Source: Antechinus flavipes (taxonomy: Eukaryota). From it: a stretch of 64,000 bases of DNA. Each line of letters begins with the position of its first letter. Positions within the stretch are counted from its first letter, which is position 1. The notes under the pieces are model-generated. The model did no database searches and was not told where the DNA came from. It was given only the letters and a program-made list of their open reading frames with translations. Below, one piece after another: positions 1-12,213 of the stretch. The stretch lies in assembly GCF_016432865.1 (NCBI RefSeq), contig NC_067401.1, forward strand, positions 297,352,001 to 297,416,000. Direction: 5' to 3'. Both the position numbers and the translations under genes were made by a program.

Positions 1-623
1 ACCCTCTAATCTCCTCTAAGACTTTGTTCCAATAGTATTTTCAATCTTTCGTTGTTCTTTTGACCCTTCCTATCTGCTTATAAAAAGACCTAGGTCTCCC
101 CAATGTTAAAAGAAAAAACTCCATAAAATTATCATATTGCTCCTTCTTTACTATCTAGTTACTGTATTCTCTTCCCTCTCACTCCTAAACTCCTACGAAA
201 AGTTGACAAAACCCAATTTCCCTATTTCCTTGTCATTTTATAGTCCCTTACACAACTCTACTTAAACTACTCTTTCAATGGTCATCAATGATCAATGGTT
301 TTTGTTTTTTAAGTCATTACCTTCTTGACCTCTTTGAGTAAAAATGTGCTATTGAGGACCCGGGTCCACCCAAAAAAACCAGAGTGGTTCCATACCATCA
401 ATAGCAGAGGAAAAATAGTAATATATTTATTAAACTGCTGAGAATGAGAAGACCAGTTATGCTATGACTATAAGGGGCACTCAGGCCTGTATTCCTGAGA
501 AACTTAACCTTCTTTTGATTTCACAAACAATGTTTTTTCCAGGTTCTCCTCTCTGTCTCTTTCATTGTCTCTTAATTGTCTTCCTGACTAGAAAAGATGA
601 GCACTATTAAGATTTTATCCTTA

Positions 624-758
624 ACTCTTGCCATCTCGGGGAAGGGGTGGAGGGAGGGAGGGGTAAAATCGGAACAGAAATGAATGCAAGGGATAATGCT
701 GTAAAAATTACCCTGGCATGCGTTCTTTCAATAAAAAATTATTAAAAAAAAAAAAAAA
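624..758 (+). mobile_element. Young L1 3' end, 135 bp, 5'-truncated
   Basis: G-rich tract and polyA; perfect 15-bp TSD AAGATTTTATCCTTA at 609-623 and 759-773. Confidence 0.9.
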
Positions 759-1569
759 AAGATTTTATCCTTAGTCCTTTTATCTTCCCTCCCTATAAGT
801 CATTTTACTTAACAATCTCGTTTACTTCCATGGTTTCCATAATGACTTATCTCAGATAAATGACTCCCAAAGTTCTCTAGCCCCTAAATTTTCTTTTGAG
901 CTTTAAGACCTATATATCCAAATATTTTCAGAATATCACCCCTTAATTCTTTTAGTACATCAAACAATATAGCAGAGACTATTTTCTCCTCTAAAATTAG
1001 TTTTGTCTCTTCTATCACTATTTTTGTGAATAGCACTACCATTTAACTAGTATTACAATGTTTGAAACTTCAATTTTCTTTGATTCTCCATCTTTCATTT
1101 ATTTATTTCTTTTGGAAAGTGACATTCTGAATTTACTGAATATATTCAATACTTTTATTTTCTCCAGCTTTATGTAAAACAATTATTTACATTTGCTGTT
1201 AAAACCTCTGAGTTCCAGATTCTCTCCTTTTCTCCCCACCCCCAATTAAGATGGCACATTTCAATTTTCATTTATAATCAGTTCCTAATTTCCCAATTTT
1301 GTAGATCCACTATAATATTATAGTTTTAAGTTTTCATTTCCACCTTCCTGACTAAAAGTTTTTTTTTTTTTAAACAGATATTCCTTAATCTACCCTTAGT
1401 CTCACCTTCCAATCATTCCTTAATTATAATATCAGACTGATCTTCCTTACGTATAGATTTGGTCATCCTATTCTTCAATTATTTCCTATTGTCTAAGTAA
1501 TATGCAGACTCTTCTGTCTGGAAATTGAGAATAACCTAGTGCCATTCTATCTTGATAAATTGATCTTCA

Positions 1570-1762
1570 AATCACATGTGTTTAACTTATACTGGATTAG
1601 TGTTTAACTTACACTGGATTAGTTTCTATCTAGAGAGGGGGAAGGAGGAGAAGCAGAGAGAAAAATCTGAAATACAAGGTTTTGCAAGGTTGAATGTTGA
1701 AAACTATCTTTGCATGTATTTTGAAAATTAAAAAGCTATTAGTATAAAAAATAAGTAAATAC
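1570..1762 (+). mobile_element. Older marsupial L1 3' UTR fragment with internal 22-bp tandem duplication
   Basis: TSD ATAAATTGATCTTCA at 1555-1569 and 1763-1777; TGTTTAACTTA(T/C)ACTGGATTAG at 1579-1600 and 1601-1622. Confidence 0.8.
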
Positions 1763-3755
1763 ATAAATTGATCTTCATACAGTCCTATTCTCTGATCAAA
1801 CTCTGCTGCTATCCTAAAGACATTGTAGGCTTTTTGCTGCTATGTTTTTTTTCATACTGTTCTTTATGTGTTATGTTTTTCTACTCTTTCATTATCTATG
1901 AATTACTACCAGTCCTTTAAAGATCAATTCAAATGTCCCAGCTCCCATGAAGCTTTCATTTCTTTCAACCCTCCAATCACATGTAACATTTTGAATTAAA
2001 CATATATCATATGTTTATCATATCATATATAACACAAACATCTATCATACATACAAAAATTTTGAGTTAACATATGTGCTTAAACATGTATTAAGCACAT
2101 CATAAATGAATGAAAAAAAACTTTATCATGTTACAGGCATTGTGCTAGCACTGATCATGTTACTACGCATTAGTTATATGTAACAACATGTCATGTCTAG
2201 ACTATAAGCACTCTGAGAATAAGGTCTGTGTCTTATATACCCTTTGTAGCTCCCTTTGAACCTAGCATAATGGTCTGCACAGAAAAGTGTTTAATAAATA
2301 TTTAATGACTTTAATAAGTGGCTATAGGTTCTATATACAAACTTGTAACCGATAATTTCATCTTTATCATAAGTAGTCACTATACAATTAACCATTTTAT
2401 GTGTCATGCACTACTTTGGCATATTTCTCAAAATAATGTTTTGAATAATTGAAAGAAATGTTAAATTTCAGTCAGAAGCTAATGAAAATAAAGATGTATT
2501 TTTTGAACTCAGTTAATCAAAGCCCTGTTCCCAGATCCTTGCCACAGTCTCAGATCAAGAACCCTTGTAATAAGTTGATCAGTATTGTAATAATGACTTC
2601 TAGTCCATAGCTATGCCAAATTACTTAAATATGTGCTTCTGTATCACTGAAATATTCCCCTTGCTTATATTCTCAGCAGTTACTCTTCCATAGGTCACTA
2701 TATAAGCAGTTTCCTGCTGTTTTCCATTCTTCATACTCCTTCCAGCCAATTTGGATTATAGTAAACACTGTTTCATGTCCTGGCAGTAAAACTATTAAAT
2801 AAAATTTCTACTTATTCAAAGAACATTCTTTGAGATCCCTCTCAACTCTAAATCTATGACCCTAAATGTGTACAAATTAAATGTTTTAATGTAAAACAAA
2901 TCTCTGCTTTACAAATAATTAAAAAGAATTGCCAATTAGTGAAAGTTAGTGAATAACACAGCCTGGATCTCAACTAAGAACTTCTAGATTCTTAAGTGAC
3001 TATTATTTAACTGTGCTACCATAGAACAAGTTTTACAGGATAGAAAGAAAAAACCACTAACCCACTATTAATAGGTTACATATTTTGAGTTATTTATCAA
3101 GAACTCTTAATGGATTTGTGTTGACTCGTCCACAATCTTCTGCCTAAATTCCTTTGTGACCACATTCATTTACAAATTTGGTTGACTCTATTTAAAAGTA
3201 CAGGCTATGGCTATATGACTATAAAAGAGATTTACCTGATATATTGGGTCCTTCAACAACAGATTCTAAACAAACATAAACTAATCATATGTAGACAACA
3301 AAAACAGACAAATATAATTTTAGCAAGCCAAAAATCTAAATCCTAACAAGCAATTCAGGTATTAGGTCCTGACATTTTATATTATCTAGTATATATTCTT
3401 ACTCTTTGTCAATCAAGAGGTATGTATTAAGTGAATCTGGCACTGTTAGGCACTGAGGACACAAATACAAAAGTAAAACAAGTACCTGATTCTAAGGAGC
3501 TTCTATTACTTCAAGAATATATAATTTCCCTTTGGAGAGTTGTTTAAGGCTATGCACTTTGCTTGAGAAAAGTGTTTTTTGAACTGTTTGTTTTCCCCTT
3601 TTCCCCATTTAAATCATTAGCTGGCCACAAGAATCTGAAAATAAGTCTCTCTAATGAATGTTGTTAAATCTTTAGAAAGAAATTTATTTCTAGTTTGTGT
3701 TTTCTATATTTTAGTTTATACTTGTCTTTATTCATACAGGCAGAAATGAACTTAC

Positions 3756-3920
3756 TTGCTGGGAAAGAATAGTTACAGCTTCTTTATGCTTAGCATCTCT
3801 TAGGTTAACTCCATTAACTGCCAGAATGGCATCTCCAACATGCAGCCCTCCACAACGATCAGCAGGTTGTCCAGGATGGATTTCAGAGATGAGAATTGGA
3901 ACACCATGTTCCTTTCCACC
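3756..3920 (-). CDS. GOPC: GOPC coding exon 7 (165 nt, PDZ core)
   Basis: ttgatag|GGT...CAA|gtaagt; [55 protein letters not shown]. Downstream exons are outside the window. Confidence 0.98.
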
Positions 3921-4708
3921 CTATCAATAAGAAAGAAATAATTTAATTAACAAGTTTTAGTCACAGCCAAAATGACCAAGTTAATATTAATAATCAAATA
4001 AAATTAATCATATAAATTCATAAATAAAATCATAAAAGCATTTTCATAAAAACTAATTTTTCAATTAGATTTTCAAAAGTCACCTTTTACTAGAAAATGA
4101 TAGTTCCTTTATTACATGATAATGAATCTCAAAGATTAGTAAAACAGCCTTATTATCTATCCAATACATATCTATCCTGAGACCACAACGGCTCAGGCCC
4201 TCTAAGCAATAAAGCTGTCAGAAGTAGAAGTCCATGTCCTCATAAAGGAGATGTTGTAAAACTCACAGGCATGTTGACATGCGAATATTAGGAAATGATA
4301 AATAAGCAGAAAGCAATAATAGCCAATAACAAAGGAACCTTAAAATCCCAAACCCAAACAAAACAAAATCCCCCACCAAACTAAGAGAATCACTAACTAT
4401 ACCCAAGAAATGTTTCACATTTGTTTTAGGATATCATTTCTATTTATAGTCATAATGAAATTTATAATTGATTGGAACCATTGGAAAAAAAGTTTAATTA
4501 TACATGGGATACATTCTATTTACTATGAGAAAGAAGAATATAACACATTTTAGTAAGATTTTCATCAAAAAATGGTTAAAATTTTTAAGAAGCACTTTTG
4601 ACATTTAAATAAGCTTAAGTTATCTTCAAAAAGTTCATTCATCTGCACTTTATTCCTTGAAGCAGGATTACCATAATAAACACAAAAAGAAAAAGCACCA
4701 CTTCTTAC

Positions 4709-4804
4709 TGTAATTGAAATGCCAAGACCTTCATGATCTTCTTTGAGGAGAAGAACCTTTCTAATTGGACCAACACCTTGACTTTTCTTTAAGGAATCCT
4801 GATC
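4709..4804 (-). CDS. GOPC: GOPC coding exon 6 (96 nt, start of PDZ domain)
   Basis: aattag|GAT...ACA|gtaaga; [32 protein letters not shown] (PDZ carboxylate-binding loop GLGI). Confidence 0.98.
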
Positions 4805-5814
4805 CTAATTAAAACAGAGGGAAAAAAATTTAAATTTAATTAAGCGTATTGTATATAATTACACTAAATGATGTTATGATTTAACACTACCACATAGCCT
4901 TCAATTACAAATCCTTAATTTTGGGGAAAAGCAATAGGCTGCCAAATAATAGCTGCTAAGACCTAAAGGGTAAATAAAAAAAGCCTTAGAGTACTTAAAA
5001 GTACAGTGAAGATTCAAATACTTTTTGAACTATTCATTTTGGACTTAAACTGTCAGCTACATGACAAATAAATTATTTTCATCCTAAAGCTAAACAACTA
5101 AAGAAGAAATATGAGACTTTTCACTCTGGATATTCATCCTCCTGGCTCCTCAAGAATAGATTTATGTACTCTTATTGTCTTTTTTGCCCCAGCTTTTCTA
5201 TCCTCACTCAACCTTGACAACAAGAAAAAAATATGAGACTATACAAAAAAAGGTGATTATCCTGCATGCCATCCTATAATATCAACTGAAGAATCCTGCT
5301 TCCCAGGAGAGGTTTGATACCTTTAGCTTGGAAGAGAGTAAAGAATCAAATAAAAGACTACTGATATGATATGATCTACTCTGTAGATCATCCCTTATTA
5401 CTTATACATATATGCCCCACTACTACCTCTCAAACTTTTCTTCAAAGTGCCACATACTTACAATTCTAAATCCAAAATATGAAGAAGTTAGGAAAGAGGA
5501 TTCACTAACGATGGAAGAGACAGCATTAACAATGAGTGTGACCAGCAATATACTATATATTCATCAGATGATGGTAAAAACAAATATTATGAAGACATAA
5601 ATTATTTCCCTGTCTTGGAATTATCCTCTTGCAAATATAAAATACCCACATGAACCGAAGGTAAGATTTTTTTCCTTTACATGCAGCTGTTGTAATCAGA
5701 TTTGATTTGGATATGCCTGAATGGGTAGTAAAACCAAGGAATAGTAGTAGTGGTGAAAGCAGATTACTTTATGTACATCTCCGACTTTTTCCTCATTAGC
5801 TTAAGATCAGATAA

Positions 5815-5966
5815 GTGTCTAAATGGTACAGTGAATAGAATATCAGCCCTGATGTCAGAAAACCTGAACTCAAATATAGCCTCAAACACTTAACACTTAC
5901 TATCTGGGTGCTCTGGGCAAGTCACTTAACCCTAATTGCCTTGCCAAAAAAAAAAAAAAAAAAAAA
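5815..5966 (+). mobile_element. WSINE1-like tRNA-derived SINE
   Basis: A/B-box-like head, core and polyA; TSD ATCAGATAA at 5806-5814 and 5967-5975. Confidence 0.8.
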
Positions 5967-6067
5967 ATCAGATAAATGGTAGCAGTATCCCAGAATCTGC
6001 ATTTTAAATTTGGTAACCAAACTATTCTTAAAATGTTTATAAAACTGTGTCTATCTATATAATGTAC

Positions 6068-6330
6068 ATTGTTGTTCAGTCATTTCAGTCCTCATATATG
6101 GGATTTTCTATATGGGGTTTTTCTATATGGGGTTTTCTTGGCAAAGATAATAGACTGATTTGCCATTTCCTTCTCTTATTAGTCCTTCTCTAACTCATTT
6201 TACAGATGAGACAAACAGGGTTAAATGACCTGCCTATTGGTCACATAGATGATAAATGTCTGAGGCCATATTTCAATTTAGATCTTTCTGACTCCCCTAG
6301 CATTCTGTCCATTGAGGCACCTAGATACTC
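6068..6330 (-). mobile_element. Mar1/MIR-type SINE
   Basis: TTGTTCAGTCATTTCAGTC...GGTTTTCTTGGCAAAGATA...CTCATTTTACAGATGAG pattern. Confidence 0.7.
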
Positions 6331-6786
6331 ATCATGTACATAGAAATTAATATTATTTGTAAATATTATCATGCAATAATGCTTATTTTATTAATTTTCA
6401 CTTATTATGTTGATAGACTGACTTATGAGTAGCAAATTTTGAAATCAAATATACCTGTAAGACCAACTTTTTTGATTAGGTCAGGCCTAATCAGGAAATA
6501 AAAGAAAAATTATTAGTATGACCTATAGTATTACTACTGATCATCATATTCTAAAGTATGATTCTAAATGGCAGGTATTACAAGGACTAGCAAAATCTTT
6601 ATGAGCTGTTATATTTTAAAAATGATTTTGCATTTCAAATGAATAAATTTAAGGTCTTTTTTGATTGTAGATTTAATTAACAGATTTTCCTGAAGAGATT
6701 AAAATCAAAATTGAAAATGGGATTATTAAACACAACAGATTATGATAACAGAAAAAGGTTGATTACAAAAGGATCAAAAAGCGTAC

Positions 6787-6952
6787 ATGTCCTGGTGGTG
6801 CTTGCATTGATCGTTTCAGGTCATTACGCCCTCTGCAGGCTCTAATAACTGTTTTGTGACGATGCAGGTGGATTTCAGCTTCTAGTTGGTTCCAAAGTTT
6901 ATCATGAGCAGGTCCCTTCATATCTCGACCTAGTAACTGGATCTGTTGGACT
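6787..6952 (-). CDS. GOPC: GOPC coding exon 5 (166 nt)
   Basis: ataacaag|A GTC...CAT|gtacgc; (R)[55 protein letters not shown]; phase matches exon 4. Confidence 0.97.
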
Positions 6953-8116
6953 CTTGTTATTTAAAAGAAAAAAATAAATTAAATTTATCTAGTTTATCTA
7001 GTATATTTCTATCCCAGAACATGCTAAAGAAAAAAATATAATACAGCTCTTGCCTTCGTGGATCTTGGAATTTTGTATTCTTAGGATGACAAGTACTCTT
7101 AGGAACAAGAGAATAACACAAAATATAAATACTGAAATACATATTTAACAAATTAAGTGATAATATTAATTTCAACATAGTAAAATGTCAAAGTATGTGG
7201 TCTAAAAAGTGATAATGTGGCATCAGGAGGAGAAACCCTTATTGGCAAGATTTGTCAAGTTTCATGGCAGAAGTCTTATGAGACAGGCCTTGAAGAGTAG
7301 ATAGGTTTGGACAACAGAAACTAGGGGTGGTTCCACATAAGGGAAATAATCTGGGAAGTTCTAGGCAAGGGAAATAATCTGAACAAAAATACAATTATGA
7401 GAATGAGTATACCATCTGTAATAGATATGCAATAAAGTGTAACTAGCAATAAACATCAGGAGGAATTTCTTGTAGAATGGTGAATAAGATGGCTGGCTCC
7501 ATAAAGTAGAATGAAATTTTGGAGGACTTTAAATTCCAAGATGAAGAAGAGTTTGAACTTGACACAACAGGCAACAGGACAGAGTCTTAAGGAGGTCTGC
7601 AGGTAAATAATAGGTGTGATATAGATCAGGAGACCAATTAAAGGGCTACTGTAGGAATCTAAACAAGTGAAAAAACTGCTATTTATGTAGTCCTCTGTAG
7701 ATTTCTGGAGGATAAAGAACTCCTAGTGAGGAAATTTCCTCTGCTAATGGGGAACAATAATTGTTCTACAACTTATAGTCTGAGAGTACTACAGGTAAAA
7801 TGATTTGCACAGGATCACAGACCTAGCAATATCAGACAGAACTTAAACCAGGACTTACTGAGTCAAAGGTCAGCTTTCTTGTTTTAATATACTGCCTATC
7901 TAATGGTTAAAGATGTTAATTCTAAACCCTTTCCAATAAATCTGGAACATATCTCATCAACATTAATTTCTTGAAATTAGATTTCCTTAAACTTGTAAAA
8001 TTTCTCTTAGAGTAAAGATTATTGTTGCATTTCCATTTATTCTAAGAAATTATCTAATCAACAAGTTTATGAAAAGATTTCATTGAATATCAATTTAGTA
8101 AGTAATTTTTACCCAC

Positions 8117-8292
8117 CTTCCAGCCAATTCTTTATCCAAGTACTTGGCTGCCAGTCTTGCCCCATAAACTTCTGCCTGGAGAACTGCTATGTGTCTACGA
8201 AGAGCTTCATTCTCCTTTCTTAATAGCTTCACTTCAGCTTCAAGTTGAGCTTCTTTCATTTTTTCTTTTTTGTTTGCTTCAAGCTCTCTCTC
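8117..8292 (-). CDS. GOPC: GOPC coding exon 4 (176 nt, second coiled coil)
   Basis: tattag|GAG...GGAAG|gtgggt; [58 protein letters not shown](R). Confidence 0.98.
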
Positions 8293-8628
8293 CTAATATA
8301 ATTTTAAAAATATAATTTATTGACAACATTAATAAAAACCCTTAGAGTTGGCATTTCACTGTCCTTTGCAAAGCAAAATCTCTAAACCTACTGGGGTTTT
8401 TTTTGTTTGTTTGTTTTTTTAATTGTTATAATTTCATCTGTGAAGGAAATTTTAAGCAAGGAAATTTCCTTGACTGATGAAGATCAACATCAGTTTATAG
8501 TGAAAGCATTCTGTAGATTAATAAGTGATTTGCTCAGGGTCACAATCTCTGTGTCAGAAGAGGAATCTGAACTCAATTCTCCCTCACTCAGGCTGGCTTT
8601 CTAGCCACTATATATTGGACAGTTAATA

Positions 8629-8631
<3 letters not shown>

Positions 8632-8674
<43 letters not shown>
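8632..8674. repeat. (TA)n microsatellite
   Basis: Direct reading. Confidence 0.95.
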
Positions 8675-8675
<1 letters not shown>

Positions 8676-9589
8676 CCCAAAAATAATTTATTTCCTGTGA
8701 AATGAATTACAATACCATAAACAATATTTCCTTTCAAAATAAGTCACATTTTCATATTCAATTAAATTTCTCTAAATTATCATATCTTCCCCTAAAGCAA
8801 AATAATTCATTAATTTCAACAGAAAACCTAAGGATTTCAACATGCTTAAATCTTGATATCATCAGCCTCATAAAATGTTATGCCTTGCTTTTTTCAATTA
8901 CTCTGATCTGCTATAATTTTTTTTTACAAAAAAAATCACAAATACACAAAAATTATAATCACTGAGTCTATCATTTAGATAATCATTTGACTTAGATGTG
9001 AAAACATAGGAAAGATTATGTTTTTTAAAAATTGCTTTCCCAATAATAGGAAATTTTTTAGAAAAATAAAGAGCAGAATATTATCTTAGAAACTTGAACA
9101 AGTATTTCAAGGGGAAAAAAAGACAATATTAAATTATACTTACATTATTAATAAGTTTCATAAGAGTAAAACAGAAAGAATAATATAGTAGGATCTACTT
9201 AAGTAATGAATTTAAATAAATTTCAAAAGAAAAAAGAGGGAGATTAAAAAGAAGGCTAATACATTAGTCATCTCACATAACTATGCAATAAAGAACAGTA
9301 ATAGTAAGGATAGATTAAATTTACAGGTCTTAAAATAATATACTAATTCCAGTAGGCCTATATCCAAAACTGCAAATAAAATAGCATTTGACTTGAATTT
9401 TGCCTCTCATTTAGCAAATTTAGTAAATTAAAGTATAAACAGAAAAAGTGAAAAAAAAATTAATATAAAAGTTGAATCCACCTAAATGAATCGTGTAACT
9501 GTAAAACTAAGTACAAAATGAAACATCTTGTTCTCAAGGAAGATATACACAGAAAAAATACAAAATAAATGAAAAGATAAATTTATTCA

Positions 9590-9747
9590 TTTATTTATTT
9601 ATTTATTTTTGCTGAGGCAATAGGGGTTAAATGATTTGACCAAAGTCACACAGCTAAGAAATGTTAAATGTCTAAGGCCAGATTTGAACTCAGGTCTTCC
9701 TGACTTCAGGGCTGGTGCTCTATCTACTACACCAACTAGCTGCCCCC
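9590..9747 (-). mobile_element. WSINE1-like SINE
   Basis: Reverse complement of GGGGCAGCTAGTTGGTGTAGTAGATAGAGCACCAGCCCTGAAGTCAGG..., with a (TTTA)n tail. Confidence 0.85.
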
Positions 9748-10713
9748 AAAGTTAAGTTTAAATACAATATAAACAAATATAAAGTAAAGTAGGAAGGAGA
9801 GTACTAGGAAATGGAAGATCACGAAAGCTTTTATATAGAAAATAATCCTTAAAATTGTAGCAAGCAAAGGATTCAAAGAGTAGAAGCAAAGAGAAGATGT
9901 TTTCTAGGTTTAAGGAACAATCAAAACAACAGCAGAGAAAGAACACATCTGGTTGAAAGGTCATGTCTGGCCAATGAGGAACAGCAAAGGGAACAGCAGT
10001 CTGGCTAGACTGAAAAGTGCAGGAAGGAGAAGTAATACATGGAAAGGCTGGTTTCAGACAAACTTCAAAAGATCTTATAAGTAACAGGAAGTTACTGGAA
10101 TCTATTGAGTAGTCAGGTCTCTGCCAACATCACTTTGGCAATGGTGTGGAAGATAGGCTGGAGAGGACAAGAAAGGAGATCAATTAAAAGACTATGAAGC
10201 AGTCTAGATCCAGAGGAGAAGTAAAGTAGAGTTAGTGGAGCAAAAGAGATTTATGCAAGAAATTTATGGAGGTAAAAATGAGAAAATTTGGCTACTAGGT
10301 GGATACATGAGGTGAGGGAAAGGACTCAAGGATAATGTTGGAAAACTAAAAAGGATGGTGGTGTCATTGATAGGGGCATTTTAGGGGAAAAGGATTTTTG
10401 GGGGAGACATAGTCAATTTGATATGCCTATAGGACACCAACTTTGAAATGTTCAATAGACAGGTTAAAGATCCAATAATGAGAGACAAACTTAAAAAGAG
10501 ACAGACAAATTGTAACAGACTGATGAATGAATAATGAAGAAGTAGAACAACTGAGTGTAGATGGCTCCTTTTGAGTCTAGTTATAAAGTATAGAAAAGAG
10601 AAAGAAAGAATGACTATAGGAGTCTGAGTCAGAAAGAAAGGTCAAAAGGAATAATTTCTTTCCATCTCTCCCTCCCTTTTCTATCCCCTCCCTCCACCTT
10701 CTTTCAGATTAAT

Positions 10714-11430
10714 AAAAGTTATCAAGCTGTGCATACCCTTTGATCCAGCAGTGCTACTACTGGGCTTATACCCCAAAGAGATGCTAAAGAAGAGAAAGGG
10801 ACCTGTATGTGCCAAAATGTTTGTGGCAGCCCTGTTTGTAGTGGCTAGAAACTGGAAAATGAATGGATGCCCATCAACTGGAGAATGGTTGGGTAAATTG
10901 TGGTATATGAATGTTATGGAATATTATTGTTCTGTAAGAAATGACCAGCAGGATGAATACAGAGAGGCTTGGAGAGATTTACATGAACTGATGCTAAGTA
11001 AAATGAGCAGAACCAGGAGATCGTTATATACTTCAACAACGATACTATATGAGGATGTATTCTGATGGAAGTGGATCTCTTCCACAAAGAGACCTAACTC
11101 AGTTTCAATTGATCAATGATGGACAGAAGCAGCTACACTCAAAGAAAGAACACTGGGAAATGAATTTGCATTTGTTTTTCTTCCCAGGTTATTTTTACCT
11201 TCTGAATCCAATTCTCCCTGTGCAACAAGAGAACTGTTCAGTTCTGCATACATATATTGTATCTAGGATATACTGCAATATATTTAACATATATATGACT
11301 GCTTGCCATCTAGGGGAGGGGGTGGAGGGAGGGAGGGGAAAAATCGGAACAGAAGTGAGTGCAAGGGATAATGTAAAAAAATTTCCCTGGTATGGGTTCT
11401 GTCAATAAAAAGTTATTATAAAATAATTTT
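10714..11430 (+). mobile_element. Young L1 3' fragment (ORF2 C-terminus, 3' UTR, A-rich tail)
   Basis: LLGLYPKE...CAKMFVAALFVVARNWK is the L1 ORF2p C-terminus; same subfamily as 12214-14636. Confidence 0.93.
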
Positions 11431-12213
11431 TTTAAAAAACTGTAATTTGAAAATAAAAATCTAATGAATAAATAAATCTAATTAAAAAAAGAAAAATAAA
11501 TAAATAATCCCCCTCAGATTTTTCATTAATTTGATAAGCATAATTTTTATACTTTTATCTAATTTACTGATAAAAATGGTAAATTGTACAAGATCAGGCA
11601 TAGATTTCTAAGACATTCCACTAGATTAACTCCTTTGCAATTGACACTGAACTGAATGAATTCTCATGAAGTTTGATCACTCAACTAGTTCCAAATGCAC
11701 CTAACTGTACTAGTACCTTACCTACATCTTTCCAATCTTGTCTACAAGAATAGGATTAAAGACTTATTCTACTAAGATTTAGGAGTATCTTCTATTATAG
11801 TATTTCACCAATTACCAGCAGAGAAAGCCTGTCAAAAAAGGAAATAAAATTAATCTTGATGAAGCCCTGATGGTTCTTTTACTACCATTTTCTAGGAAAG
11901 TATAAACCACTCTTTTAATAATGTATACTGTCAGACTTAGTTAATGTATCGATTAGTTCTGCAGAACTACTTTTCCTCCCAATCTCTTTATCTTTACAAT
12001 GAACGGCTCTTTAGGGAAGAGACATATTTAGAAATAAAGGTAATATGAAAACAAAAAGTTTAAATTAAAAAAAACAAAACAAAACAAAACATCCTTCACA
12101 ACCTGACACAAACTCTACCCAACTATCCCATTTTTCTATATTATTGCCATGATGCAAAATCAAGTTCACTGGCCTATAGGTTTACTAATTCTTCTACTTT
12201 TAAAAAAATTGGA

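Noticed and set aside
2074-2100. 10-bp perfect stem ATGTGCTTAA/TTAAGCACAT (and a 9-bp stem at 5371-5391)
   Set aside because: Too short to distinguish from chance in 64 kb of AT-rich DNA.
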